Assembly (NCBI GenBank): GCA_951406725.2
Contig: OX597836.1
Location: forward strand, 3,968,001 to 4,032,000
Direction: 5' to 3'
DNA: 64,000 bases
Source: Octopus vulgaris
Lineage: Eukaryota
The first letter of the stretch is position 1, and each line of letters opens with the position of its first letter. The notes beneath the pieces are model-generated. The model saw nothing but the letters and a program-made list of their open reading frames with translations, searched no databases and was not told where the DNA came from. Made by a program: the position numbers and the translations under genes. Positions 29,464 to 42,169 of the stretch are shown here, one piece after another.

Positions 29464-29844
29464 TATATATATATATATGTATATATATTTGTAGTTATTA
29501 TATATATATATATACGTATACATTAAAATATATATGTATATGTATATGTGTGTGTGTATGTGTTCGTCTGCATATACGTATGTGTGCGTTTATGTATTTA
29601 TAAGTAAGAGCGTGTGTATATATTTATGCATAACTTTAGACTTTGTACACATCTTTCTTACATCGTCAAATAATTTAATCTACATAATAATTAGTTGATT
29701 AACTTAATGAATGACTTTCATTGTTCCACTGGTAATTATTCCTCGCTAACCTTGAATTGTATACAATATGTATGTGTGTGTATATATATATGTGTGTATG
29801 TGTGTGTGTGTGTACATAACAATGCTGGTAAACTTGAGGTCGAT

Positions 29845-30830
<986 letters not shown>

Positions 30831-31036
30831 AAAGGTGTGAGGAATATGGCCAGTATTTATAACTAAAAGTATTGTTCGTTTCAATTAATAATCAATTGAA
30901 AGTTTAAATGAATGATGGAGAGGAGAAACCAGATTTGCTAAATGAAAGGAAACCATTTGCTGAGGAAGTCGAAACGGTGCCCCATCTCGAAACCGTGCCC
31001 CACTGGAATGATAAGTTGCCAAAAAAAAAAAAAAAA

Positions 31037-31085
<49 letters not shown>

Positions 31086-31349
31086 AGTAATGATGGAGAG
31101 GTAATTGAAAAATCTAGTTGTCATTGGGGGCGAAGAAGGACCCGAAGAGAAAACTTCCAAACCAATTCTTGGTAATGACTTATAAGTGTGGAGATTGGAA
31201 TTGAAACAGGATAACTTCATTGCTGCATCGTGAAAGTGGTTTGGCGCTGCAAACACAATAAATATCAAACCATAACGGAAGCAGAAGTGGAACTCAATAC
31301 TGCAATCGCATGATTATTAAACAAATATTTAGACAATACAGTTCTATAT

Positions 31350-31550
31350 TTAAGAGATGAGGAATTATTTACATTATTTACATTTGGCCGGTACTTGTCC
31401 TCATCTTGTTTGTTGTAAACACAATGTTTCGTCTGATATACCCTCCAGCCTTCGTCAGGTGTCTTGGGGAAATTTCGGACGTTGTGTTAACAATAAACAT
31501 GATGAGGACAAATATCCTTCAAATATAAATAATGTAAATAATGTAAATAT
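31350..31550 (-). mobile_element. Penelope-like fragment with about 60-bp inverted arms around a hammerhead core
   Basis: Arms at 31364-31424 and 31482-31542; reverse strand agacac-CTGACGA-A-GGCTG...CAGAC-GAAAC-ATT-gtgttt. Confidence 0.68.
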
Positions 31551-31634
31551 CTAGTAGATCTCTCACAGACAATACAGCAGGAGATTAGTCGCCTTAAACA
31601 TGTATCAAACATTGCTAAAATTTCGCTAACACAT

Positions 31635-31790
31635 AAACGTTCTGAGTTCAAATTCCGCTGAGGTCGACTTTGCCTTTCATCCTTTCGAGGTCGATAAATT
31701 AAGTAACAGTTTTGCACTGCGGTTGATGTAATCGACTTAATCTCTTTGTCTGTCCTTGTTTGCCCCCTTTCTGGGTAATAAAGAAATAAT
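31635..31790 (+). mobile_element. SINE family B, 5'-truncated
   Basis: cgttctgagttcaaattccgctgaggtcgactttgcctttcatcc. Confidence 0.85.
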
Positions 31791-32477
31791 AAATTTTGAA
31801 TCAGTAGAAAGAAAAAGAAAGAAATAATACATTCTAAAATTATATTGCTCCTAATGCAGGTATTGCACTGCGATTACTCTGCGTTTTGGTAATTGAGAAA
31901 GAACGTGCTAGAAGATGTTTCAGCAAACAAATTTATCGAAAGCTTTTTGAAGTGCAGGTTGACACAGAGAGACACTGAATGACCCAGCTGTACTCCGTAT
32001 TGAAAGCAAAACTTGTGCTGAAAATTGTCTTCAATGGAATAAAGAAAAAGAAAATAGAAAAAACACTGATTGCAAAATAGATTGCAAGTAAAGCATGTTT
32101 TGTTTAATTAAAACAGTTCTCAATTCTGTAATACGGAAGCCATTAATGTAACCCTTGACAATGTATTTAAATTTTCAATAGATTATCCATTTAGATTACA
32201 AATGTTTTAATTTTGATTTTCTTTTCCTACAAATGGAGCTGGTGATTTTTCAGGCCTTTCTCACTGCAAAATGTCACAAATGGAATCGGCGTTTTAAACC
32301 ATAATTTACAGGAAAGAAGGCTTGAAGAATTAATGCTAAGACTGATAATAGTTGAGTGTGCTTTGCAAATTCAATGTGGGGACTAGCTTCCGCATTCGCA
32401 ACGGATTGCAGTTCAATACACACACACACACTTACACACACGCACATCTATATATGTTTCTATATATGCATATGTGA

Positions 32478-32586
<109 letters not shown>

Positions 32587-32598
32587 TACACACAAATT

Positions 32599-32778
32599 CA
32601 GCGTGCGGTGTATAAATTGTCGTCTAAATTAAGCAATAATGAAAATAACACACCTGATTTTAACAAATACATGTACCAAACTTTCGTAAAAATATCTTGA
32701 AATATTAAAGACTAAATTTATTCAATGAAATAGCCATTGGCTTCAACTACAGCCTCCAGGCGACATCGGAATCTGAAA
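32599..32778 (-). mobile_element. Tc1/mariner-superfamily transposon 3' end
   Basis: Reverse strand encodes RFRCRLEAVVEANGYFIE*, a typical transposase C-terminus, followed by a CAGCGTGCGG terminus. Confidence 0.72.
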
Positions 32779-33052
32779 AATTCAGCAAAAAGTCTGTATA
32801 GTTCTGCAAATTATATTGAATTAGAATGGTCGTACTGAAGAGCCACGGACCTTTGTTAGGTATGTAAAATCGTTGATGGCGAAACTAGTCTACGATTAAT
32901 TCTTAATTCTGTTTATTTTCATTTGCCTTACCCGGTTACGTTCTGGTGTTTGCTGAATATTTCTAGAGAACATTCTTTTGCTTTGTGGTTAGATCGTAGG
33001 TGATATATTTCTAGCATATTGGATGTCCACTTAGTGGTCATCCCTTCTTATA

Positions 33053-33103
<51 letters not shown>

Positions 33104-33699
33104 ATAAATATATACACATAAACATACACATACGCGTACACACACGTACACACACGTATACACACACAAACACACATATACACATAAACACACATACATG
33201 TATGCACACACAAGAACACTCACATACACATAAACACACATACATATACATGTATATGCATATATACATATATGTGTATGTATAAGTACATACAAACATA
33301 CACACACTTATACACACAAACACACATACACACATACATATAAACACACATACATGTTTCTTCTTAACAGAAGTGTGCCACCTTACTTTGAATAATTATG
33401 TTTCCAGTTTCTGCACGAGTACAACAGCGCAAGTGTCTCGATGTATTCTCCTTGATTCCTATGTACCTTTTAAAATCCCCAGTAGACCTACAAACCTTCT
33501 TACAATTCAGACAAGCCCTTTATATTAGTCTTGGTGCGAGTAAGATCCGATACAAATCATATTTTCTTATCGTTATGTGATCTATCATGCCTAACTAATC
33601 CAGGTTTTGTTAATAATTTACGGTTATAGCGACCACACATGAAACCTCCCTCAAACTCACTTGTTTCATGTCCCTGCTTTTCAAAAGCCTATTTCGTCT

Positions 33700-34985
33700 T
33701 TGTACGTTGAATTCTGTTCTCTTCAGATGTTTCTTGATTGTATGGCCTTTCTTGATTGTATGGCGCCATTTTGTTTGATCTAACGCGAATGTTTCTCAAT
33801 CTCCATTTCCTATCTTTAAAAGGTTTGAGGTTTGCCTTTATATCACAATTTCATAACTCTTCCGGAGTTTCTGCAGTGGGCGATTATCTAGTGTTAGTTC
33901 AACTATAAAATAATTGTTTAGAAATCCTTGTGTCATCCATTCTAATTAAATGACCATTCCAGCGCATTTGGTTCTTTTATATTCTTAATATAAGGAAGCA
34001 GCGGGGGAACGAAGTATATACACGACGCGGTAGTATTACTATTATACGAGACTCAACGCGCTATGTTAAAGGCTCACAGTGAACTGCTTCCAACACGAAC
34101 TGCCACTCGCTCACAGTTCTTTGTTTTATGACAAGGAGTCAGTCCACCTTCTAGTGAAGGGTGGTCGGAATCCTTCCACAACAGGTTCTAAATAATCTTT
34201 TCAATGCTGGGCATATTAGCGTTTGCAAGAACAATGGCGTCTGCAGGTTTTGTCGGCCATTTCATTCTTAGTATGTGCCTTAAAATTTTTTGATGGGATT
34301 TTTCAAGTGGTGCATTTTTATGGCGATAATGCGCCATAATATTGTTGCTGAAGCATAGAGAAAGTAGCCTAAAAACACAAATCTCATAGAGAGAAAGCTT
34401 CGTTTTAAGCTTTGCCTTTCCATACTCATTTTTCAAGACAGAGAAAAGCAACAGTTACTTTCACAATCCTTTGATAAATTTCAGCATCTCAACATCCATC
34501 CGATGACATAATGGATCCACAATATAGAAAACTCGCCACGACTTCCAATCAAGTTCCGTTTACCCTGATGTTAAGCTCGGCATAAGCTCCTCCAGGCGTC
34601 GGCATGAACAGTATTTTAAACAGTGTCAAAACTTGGGAAATTGTCAATTAACAATTGCATATCCTGTTCAGTGAAACACCAAGTCGACATCGTTGTCAGT
34701 ATGTAACAGTTCAGTCAAAATCTCATCAGAGAACTTAGATCCGAATGCACGTATACACACACAAATCTCATCAGAGAACTTAGATCCGAATCTCAACCGA
34801 GCCAGGTGAAATATATTACAAGAGGTTCGGCATCTTAGACACCAATGGTACATACTTGAAAGCCATGGTCAATAGCAACAGCGAAATAACAGAGAAAAGA
34901 GTAGGAGCAAGTGTGTCTCCTTGCTTCACACCATTATACATTGCCATAGGTCTTACAGGATACCAGCAACATTAACATGTGTTTA
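33700..34985 (-). mobile_element. Decayed RTE (BovB-like) LINE reverse transcriptase region
   Basis: GVKQGDTLAPTLFS, ELLHTDND (degenerate FADD), HQKILRHILRMKW, QMRWNGHLIRMDDTR; frameshifts and stops. Confidence 0.88.
33975..34183 (-). mobile_element. Probable solo LTR (209 bp) inserted in the RTE
   Basis: Starts TGTTG on the minus strand; GGTTC direct repeat at 33970-33974 and 34184-34188; removing it rejoins the LINE frame. Confidence 0.65.
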
Positions 34986-35818
34986 AGAGTTGAGATAAAG
35001 ATTATGTATACACTACTGTATACTTGCATACGACGTCTACACATCGATGTGTACTTATATACATATACACAAACGTGTGTAGTTATATACTAACAACATT
35101 TTATTAGACGTCTTCTTAAGTAATGATAAATTATCACGTTATTTGTATCGATTATTCGTCGATATACAATCGATATCCCATTCTTCACTACAATAGGTGG
35201 ATGGTAGAAACAATAGATTTTTGATCTCACTACTTTGCAATATTTAATTAAATCACTTTAAGTTTGCAGTTCAAATCCCACCGTGGTTGAATTTCAATTA
35301 ATTGTCCTCCATATCAAAGAACATCTTGAAGCTATTTTCTAGACAGACGAAAATTATCAATTATTTTTCTATGGTTGAGTCAGATTAACAGAAGCAGCAG
35401 CAGTAGCAACAGCAGCAGCAATGTTCTCTTTTCATGAACTTGTAAGAGAGGTGTGAGGAATTGTAAGTTATTCTTTAACCAGCCAACAACTCTCAATGGT
35501 TGCATTAGACCGGATTCAATAAATTGCACTCGAGTGAAGTGTGGCAGTGAGAGGTACCCCTTATCACACGACTGTACTAACATGCGTCTACTGTAAGTTA
35601 TGGAGGTGTAAGAAATATATCAATTTTTCAGTGAAAATATATTTACCTGGTGATTGTCCCATCAAATATTTAAGTATTTGCAACAAACTCATTGTATAAT
35701 CTGTAGAGAAATATAATAAAACTACACATACACACACGTGGCGCATACACAAACACACGCGCACACACACTCACACAGACAGACAAAACAACACACATAT
35801 ATGTATATATACATACAG

Positions 35819-35851
<33 letters not shown>

Positions 35852-36216
35852 CATATACATTATATATATATATACATACATATATATACACAAACATATA
35901 TATAGATATGCACACATATTGATATATATTTATATATATACATATACACACAGGTAGATCGATCGATAGATATGCACACATTGATATATATATATATATA
36001 TTTACATATATACGTAGATTGATATACAGATAGACAGATATGCACGCATATTGAAACATAGACTCGAGGTTCGAGAATGCCGATGCATTGGCGTGTACGA
36101 AGCTCTCGAACCTTGAGTCGCTTTGCAGCTTTTGCGATTAAATAAAGTATATTCACACTTTTTAGGCTCTATTTTGCTGCGTGTATTTTCAGATTTACCC
36201 CCACCACACACCACTA

Positions 36217-36603
36217 TGGATGGAAGCACTCCTTCGGTTACGACGACGAGGGTTCCGGTTGATCCGAATCAACGGAACAGCCTGCTCGTGAAATTAACGT
36301 GTAAGTGGCTGAGCACTCCACAGACACGTGCACCCTTTATGTAGTTCTCGGGGATATTCAGCGTGACACAGAGAGTGACAAGGCCGGCCCTTTGAATTAC
36401 AGGTACAACAGAAACAGGAAGTAAGAATGAGAGAAAGTTGTGGTGAAAGAGTACAGCAGGGATCACCACCATCCCCTGCCGGAGCCTCATGGAGCTTTAG
36501 GTGTTTTCGCTCAATAAACACTCACAACACCCGGTCTGGGAATCGAAACCGCGATCCTATGACAACGAGTCCGCTGCCCTAACTACTGAGCCATTGCGTT
36601 CCA
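36217..36603 (-). mobile_element. SINE family C, full length
   Basis: Reverse head ggaacgcaatggctcagtagttagggcagcggac...ggtttcgattccc; homologous to 53990-54370 and 62150-62335. Confidence 0.9.
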
Positions 36604-36772
36604 CACACACCATTATATAGATTCTTAGAAAGTAAGGCACCACAAAGCGTAGGACGTACTATAAAACGTTGGTAGGATAATGATCCTACGCCCTGTCGTT
36701 TTCGCTTTTCTTCGCTTTTCTTTTCTTTCCTGCAATTTCCAGAAGAAAACTGTTTTAGAAAGGTATTGTTCT

Positions 36773-36966
36773 ATTCTACTCTAGGCACAAGGTCCGAAAT
36801 TTTGGAGGAGAGGGTTTCTCGATTAGATCGACCCCAGTACGCAACTGGTACTTAATTCATCGACCCCGAAAGGATGAAAGGCAAGGTCGAACTCAGCGCA
36901 ATTTGAACTCAGAACGAAAAGACAGACGGTAGGCATTTCGTCTAACGCTTTTGCCAGCTCACCACC
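36773..36966 (-). mobile_element. SINE family B, tail type 2, 18-bp TSD
   Basis: TTAGAAAGGYATTGTTCT at 36755-36772 and 36967-36984. Confidence 0.88.
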
Positions 36967-37093
36967 TTAGAAAGGCATTGTTCTTGTAACAAGAGTATGT
37001 GCTCTGCTAGTATCAATCATAGTTCTGTGACAATGTCTCTAAGCCGTCTCTTGTTGGCTCTCTTAGATTATCTTCATTGGTATTCAGAATCGT

Positions 37094-37325
37094 CGGCGGT
37101 GAGCTGGCAGAAACGTTAGAACGCCGGGCGAAATGCGAAGCTGTATTTCGTCTGCCGTTACGTTCTGAGTTCAAATTCCGCCAAGGTCGACTTTGCCTTT
37201 CATCCTTTCGGGGTCGATAAATTAAGTACCAGTTACGCACTGGGGTCGATATAATCGACTTAATCCGTTTGTCTGTCCTTGTTTGTCCTCTCTGTGTGTA
37301 GCCCCTTGTGGGTAGTAAAGAAATA
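37094..37325 (+). mobile_element. SINE family B, full length, tail type 1, 15-bp TSD
   Basis: GGTATTCAGAATCGT at 37079-37093 and 37326-37340. Confidence 0.93.
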
Positions 37326-37648
37326 GGTATTCAGAATCGTTCTCAAGCGTCTTTGGTGAAACTCATTCAGCTTTCTGCCTATTTTCCCATTGTTCTTTTA
37401 TATCTCAATAGCATAAAAAAAAAAGAAGACAAAAATATTTGGTACAACTCTGCCATTACGGTGCCGGATAAAAAAGAACTCTGCCATTACGGTGCCGGAT
37501 ATTTATGTTATCGTTTAGGATGATCAAATAGCGTTCACTCAGGAATACAGTCACAGCTTCGCCATTACCAATAAATATTCAAAATAAGGTGGCACTCTTC
37601 TGTCAAGAAGAAACATGTATGTGTGTGTTTATGTGTATATGTGCATGT

Positions 37649-38420
37649 GTGTACACGTGTGCGTGTATACGTGTGCGTGTATACGTGTGCGTGTATACGT
37701 GTGCGTGTATACGTGTGCGTGTATACGTGTGCGTGTATACGTGTGCGTGTACACGTGTGCGTGTATACGTGTGCGTGTATACGTGTGCGTGTATACGTGT
37801 GCGTGTACACGTGTGCGTGTATACGTGTGCGTGTACACGTGTGCGTGTATACGTGTGCGTGTACACGTGTGCGTGTATACGTGTGCGTGTATACGTGTGC
37901 GTGTATACGTGTGCGTGTATACGTGTGCGTGTACACGTGTGCGTGTATACGTGTGCGTGTATACGTGTGCGTGTATACGTGTGCGTGTACACGTGTGCGT
38001 GTATACGTGTGCGTGTACACGTGTGCGTGTATACGTGTGCGTGTACACGTGTGCGTGTATACGTGTGCGTGTATACGTGTGCGTGTATACGTGTGCGTGT
38101 ATACGTGTGCGTGTACACGTGTGCGTGTATACGTGTGCGTGTATACGTGTGCGTGTACACGTGTGCGTGTATACGTGTGCGTGTATACGTGTGCGTGTAT
38201 ACGTGTGCGTGTATACGTGTGCGTGTACACGTGTGCGTGTATACGTGTGCGTGTATACGTGTGCGTGTACACGTGTGCGTGTATACGTGTGCGTGTACAC
38301 GTGTGCGTGTATACGTGTGCGTGTATACGTGTGCGTGTATACGTGTGCGTGTATACGTGTGCGTGTATACGTGTGCGTGTACACGTGTGCGTGTATACGT
38401 GTGCGTGTACACGTGTGCGT
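37649..38420. repeat. 14-bp minisatellite GTGTAYACGTGTGC, about 55 units
   Basis: Perfect periodicity with a single T/C variable position. Confidence 0.97.
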
Positions 38421-38639
38421 ATGTTTGTTTCAGTGTCAGTGCCAATAGTTAAGGCGGTTAAATAGCAGAATCGTTGCCGCGCCATGAAAAACATGTTTAG
38501 CGGAATGTTCTCTGAGTTCGATTGCCGCTGGGGGTCAACGTGGCCTTTTATCCGTTCCGTGTCGATAACATAAATATCAATTGAACACTGGGGCCGATTT
38601 CATCGATTTACCCCATTCCCCCTATTTTGAAATCGATAT

Positions 38640-39000
38640 CAATCTCAATATCGCCGTTGTTATTAACCAGCCTGCCCAGATGGTTAAATCTCGCAAGTGT
38701 CTCGATATTTTGTTGATTAGTCGTTAGGGTTTTTATCATTTGTTTTAGTTTTTCTTGACATTGATTTTCAAACCAAACTTTTCAGCATTCTGCTTTTGTT
38801 CTGATGTGAGCCGTTCTAGGACTTTGGTTTCTCAAAGTAAGCAAGACGATTTCACGAGCAGTATCCACGCCATTCAGTCCCGGCTGTTGTTTCCACAGTT
38901 TTCTCCTACCATTGAGCATCATTGCTGTTTTCTTTGGCAAAGTCTACAGCCAGTAACAACAACAGCAGCGACAGAATGCAGCCTTGCATCTCTCCAGTAA
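38640..39000 (-). mobile_element. Decayed RTE-type LINE RT fragment
   Basis: TGEMQGCILSLLLLLLAVDF resembles TGVRQGCILSPLLFLLAIDW. Confidence 0.7.
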
Positions 39001-39289
39001 AAATAACATACACAAAGTGACACACACACATATAAACACACATTGGATTGGCATCCTTTCTGTCTCGGGAGACAATAAAGTTGCGCATGAAGTAGTCTAG
39101 TCCGGCTTTTATATTTCATGTCCTGATACATTTCCTGCTGTGGCTGTGTAGTCCTATCCTGGACAAACACTCCCTCTGGCAGGTACCGCAAATGTAGCGA
39201 AGACTGTTCCTGGCTGGTTGTAGTGCCATAGTCTCTTGTTTACGTCTCTTCCTTTCTTTCCATTTCTCCTCTCTCTCTCTCTGTCACTC

Positions 39290-39540
39290 CTTTGTATTCT
39301 CTCTTTTATAAACACACAAGTATATACATATACATATATAAACACACAAGTATATACATATACATATATAAACACACAAGTATATACATATACATATATA
39401 CAACGAGCTTCTTTCAGCTCTCTTCTGCCAAATCCACTCACAAGGATTTGGTTGGCCCAGGGCTGTAGTGGAATACACTCGCCCAACGTACCACACAGTG
39501 GGACTGAATCTGGAACTATGTGTTTCAGAATTAAGCTTCG
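39290..39540 (-). mobile_element. SINE family A 5' part with a 30-bp x3 tandem in its microsatellite
   Basis: ccaaatccactcacaagg...cagtgggactgaa; unit aaacacacaagtatatacatatacatatat. Confidence 0.75.
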
Positions 39541-39835
39541 GAAGAATTTTTATCCTGAGAAACAGATAAAGAAATGGAAAGAACATTTCCACTCATATCA
39601 AGCAACTGTAGACCTACTTTTGCTTGCCCCTCTCTTATATATCAATTTCCTATACGTTGCTTCAAATTCTGATTATCTATGTTACATATGATTGTCTTTT
39701 CTACGCTGTGTATTTGTATTTTCAAAGTTATCAACACAATTATATATTCATGTCATAGCCGTACACTAATCTGTATTATAAGGAAATATCTATATTGAAA
39801 TCAATTTACGAAATTCATTCACCGATGCCTACACA

Positions 39836-39875
<40 letters not shown>

Positions 39876-39941
39876 AATACACACATACACATAGATTAGT
39901 ACATACATACAGAAAGAGAAAATATACATAATAATAATAAT

Positions 39942-39987
<46 letters not shown>

Positions 39988-40069
39988 CTACACACACGTA
40001 TATATACACATATGTATGTATGTATGTATGTATGCATAAGTATACGTATTTCCACCTGTCGATCCTTCT

Positions 40070-40103
<34 letters not shown>

Positions 40104-40239
40104 CCGTATGTAAATGAACCTTCGTCTAGCGTCTGACGTCAGTCTTATATATATATATTTGTCCCATAGCTGAACATCAAGCGCTGTAGAAAGATTTGCC
40201 TGAAATGAGCGAAGACATAAAATAACAATAAAATAGTCT

Positions 40240-40600
40240 TCTTGTTCTTCATCATCATCGTCGACATCCTCCTACTCATTATCATCATGATCATCATCGT
40301 CACCTTCTTCTTCTTCTTCTTCTTCTTCTTCTTCTTCTTCTTCTTCTTCTTCTTCTTCTTCTTCTTCTTGTTCTTCTTCTTCTTCTTCTTCTTCTTCTTC
40401 TTCTCCTCCTTCTTCTTCTTCTCCTTCTTCTTCTTCCCCTTCTTCTTCTTCCCCTTCTTCTTCTTCTTCTTCTTCTTCTTCTTCTTCTTCCCTTCTTCTT
40501 TTTCTTCCTCTTCTTCTCCTCCTTCTTGTTCTTGTTCTTCTCTCCTTCTTCTTCATCTTCTTCATCTTCTTCTTCTTCTTCTCCTCCTCCTTCATCTTCT
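40240..40600. repeat. (TTC)n-dominated polypyrimidine tract
   Basis: Seen directly. Confidence 0.95.
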
Positions 40601-40681
40601 TTATATTATGTGAACCCCCATACTTAAGTTTGTCTTTGTACTGTCCTTTTCATCCTTCGCCTTTGTGGCACATAAATGTAA

Positions 40682-40757
<76 letters not shown>

Positions 40758-40764
40758 CATTATT

Positions 40765-41050
40765 GCCTTTGCACAGCTTCTAACGCTGGAGATGTACTAC
40801 GGTGTCAGCTGTTCACTACCAGTGAACTAAGGTAACACCCCTTATTTTTCGAATAATTTCCGGAATATTCGAGCGTTCTAAGCAGTGCTGTTTTCTGCAA
40901 GTGCTCCAACCTTATTGCGGCCCCTATTTGTTCCACGTACTTCTCAAGAGTTTTACTTAATGTCCCCAGGGCCCTGACAATTATTGGTACCACTGCTACC
41001 TTTTTCATCGACCACAACTGTTTTACATCCCAAACTAATCTGTTGTATTC
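40765..41050 (-). mobile_element. 5'-truncated R4/Dong-clade LINE (restriction-like endonuclease C-terminus plus 3' UTR) within (TAA)n
   Basis: EYNRLVWDVKQLWSMKKVAVVPIIVRALGTLSKTLEKYVEQIG...LQKTALL; (TTA)n on both sides. Confidence 0.85.
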
Positions 41051-41062
41051 ATTATTATTACA

Positions 41063-41097
<35 letters not shown>

Positions 41098-41331
41098 AAT
41101 TTTTGTTGTACTTGACTTTCATAGTGTGAAGACGTTATATTTTCTTCTCTCTACGAAACACATTCTTATTGAAGCAAAGTTAAACTTTCAAGTAAAAAGA
41201 ATTATAATTTCTTTTTTTTTTTTCATTTTTCTCTTCTTTTACACCTTTGATACTTGGTTGTAGAAAACAGAAAAGAAAGGTTTTTTTTTTCTTTCTTACA
41301 AACTTTTAAAATTTTATTTCACCCTTTGCAG

Positions 41332-41390
41332 TTTCAGATCGAAGATGGCTACGAAACCTAATCATGCTGCGCAACAAAGCAACGTAATGG
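41332..41390 (+). CDS. Candidate exon, possibly containing a start codon (MATKPNHAAQQSNVM)
   Basis: Long pyrimidine tract, ctttgcag acceptor, aagATGG context at 41345, TGG|GTAAGA donor. Confidence 0.4.
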
Positions 41391-41682
41391 GTAAGAAAAA
41401 AGGCTACGCAAAACCAAAAACTTACAAATTAAATTTACCAGCGGAACTAGAGAATAAAAAGCTCAGTGAAGATTTAATAGAAGGAAATGTTCCAAATACG
41501 CAAATAAGTAATTTGGAAGCATGCAGCATTATCAAAAACAGGAGCCGTAATAGTTACAATAGTATCAAGTCTTGCATAATTCTCGTTCATTTAGCTGTTG
41601 TCTCAAGACAAGCGATCGCTCCACAATGAATAATCAAATAGAATTTTGTGACCTGGCAGAGTTACATGGAAAAAAATATGGA

Positions 41683-42098
41683 TAGGCGCAGGAGTGGCTG
41701 TGTGGTAAGTAGCTTGCTAACCAACCACATGGTTCCGGATTCAGTCCCACTGCGTGGCATCTTGGGCAAGTGTCTTCTGCTATAGCCCCGGACCGACCAA
41801 TGCCTTGTGAGTGGATTTGGTAGACGGAAACTGAAAGAAGCCTGTCGTATATATGTATATATATATATATATGTGTGTGTGTATGTGTTTGAGTGTCTGT
41901 GTTTGTCCCCCTAACATTGCTTGACAACCGATGCTGGTGTGTTTACGTCCCCGTCACTTAGCGGTTCGGCAAAAGAGACCGATAGAATAAGTACTGGGCT
42001 TACAAAGAATAAAGTCCCGGGGTCGATTTGCTCGACTAAAGGCGGTGCTCCAGCATGGCCGCAGTCAAATGACTGAAACAAGTAAAAGAGTAAAGAGA
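41683..42098 (+). mobile_element. SINE family A, full-length young copy
   Basis: Near-identical to 19006-19410. Confidence 0.93.
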
Positions 42099-42169
42099 GA
42101 TAGGAGGATTTTTCAAAACCCAATTGCATTTCTTTGCCACAGGAAGCGAAAGAAAATAAAATTATACAG

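Noticed and set aside
37565-38494. Six overlapping 250-310 aa ORFs
   Set aside because: The stop-free 14-bp minisatellite is open in all frames
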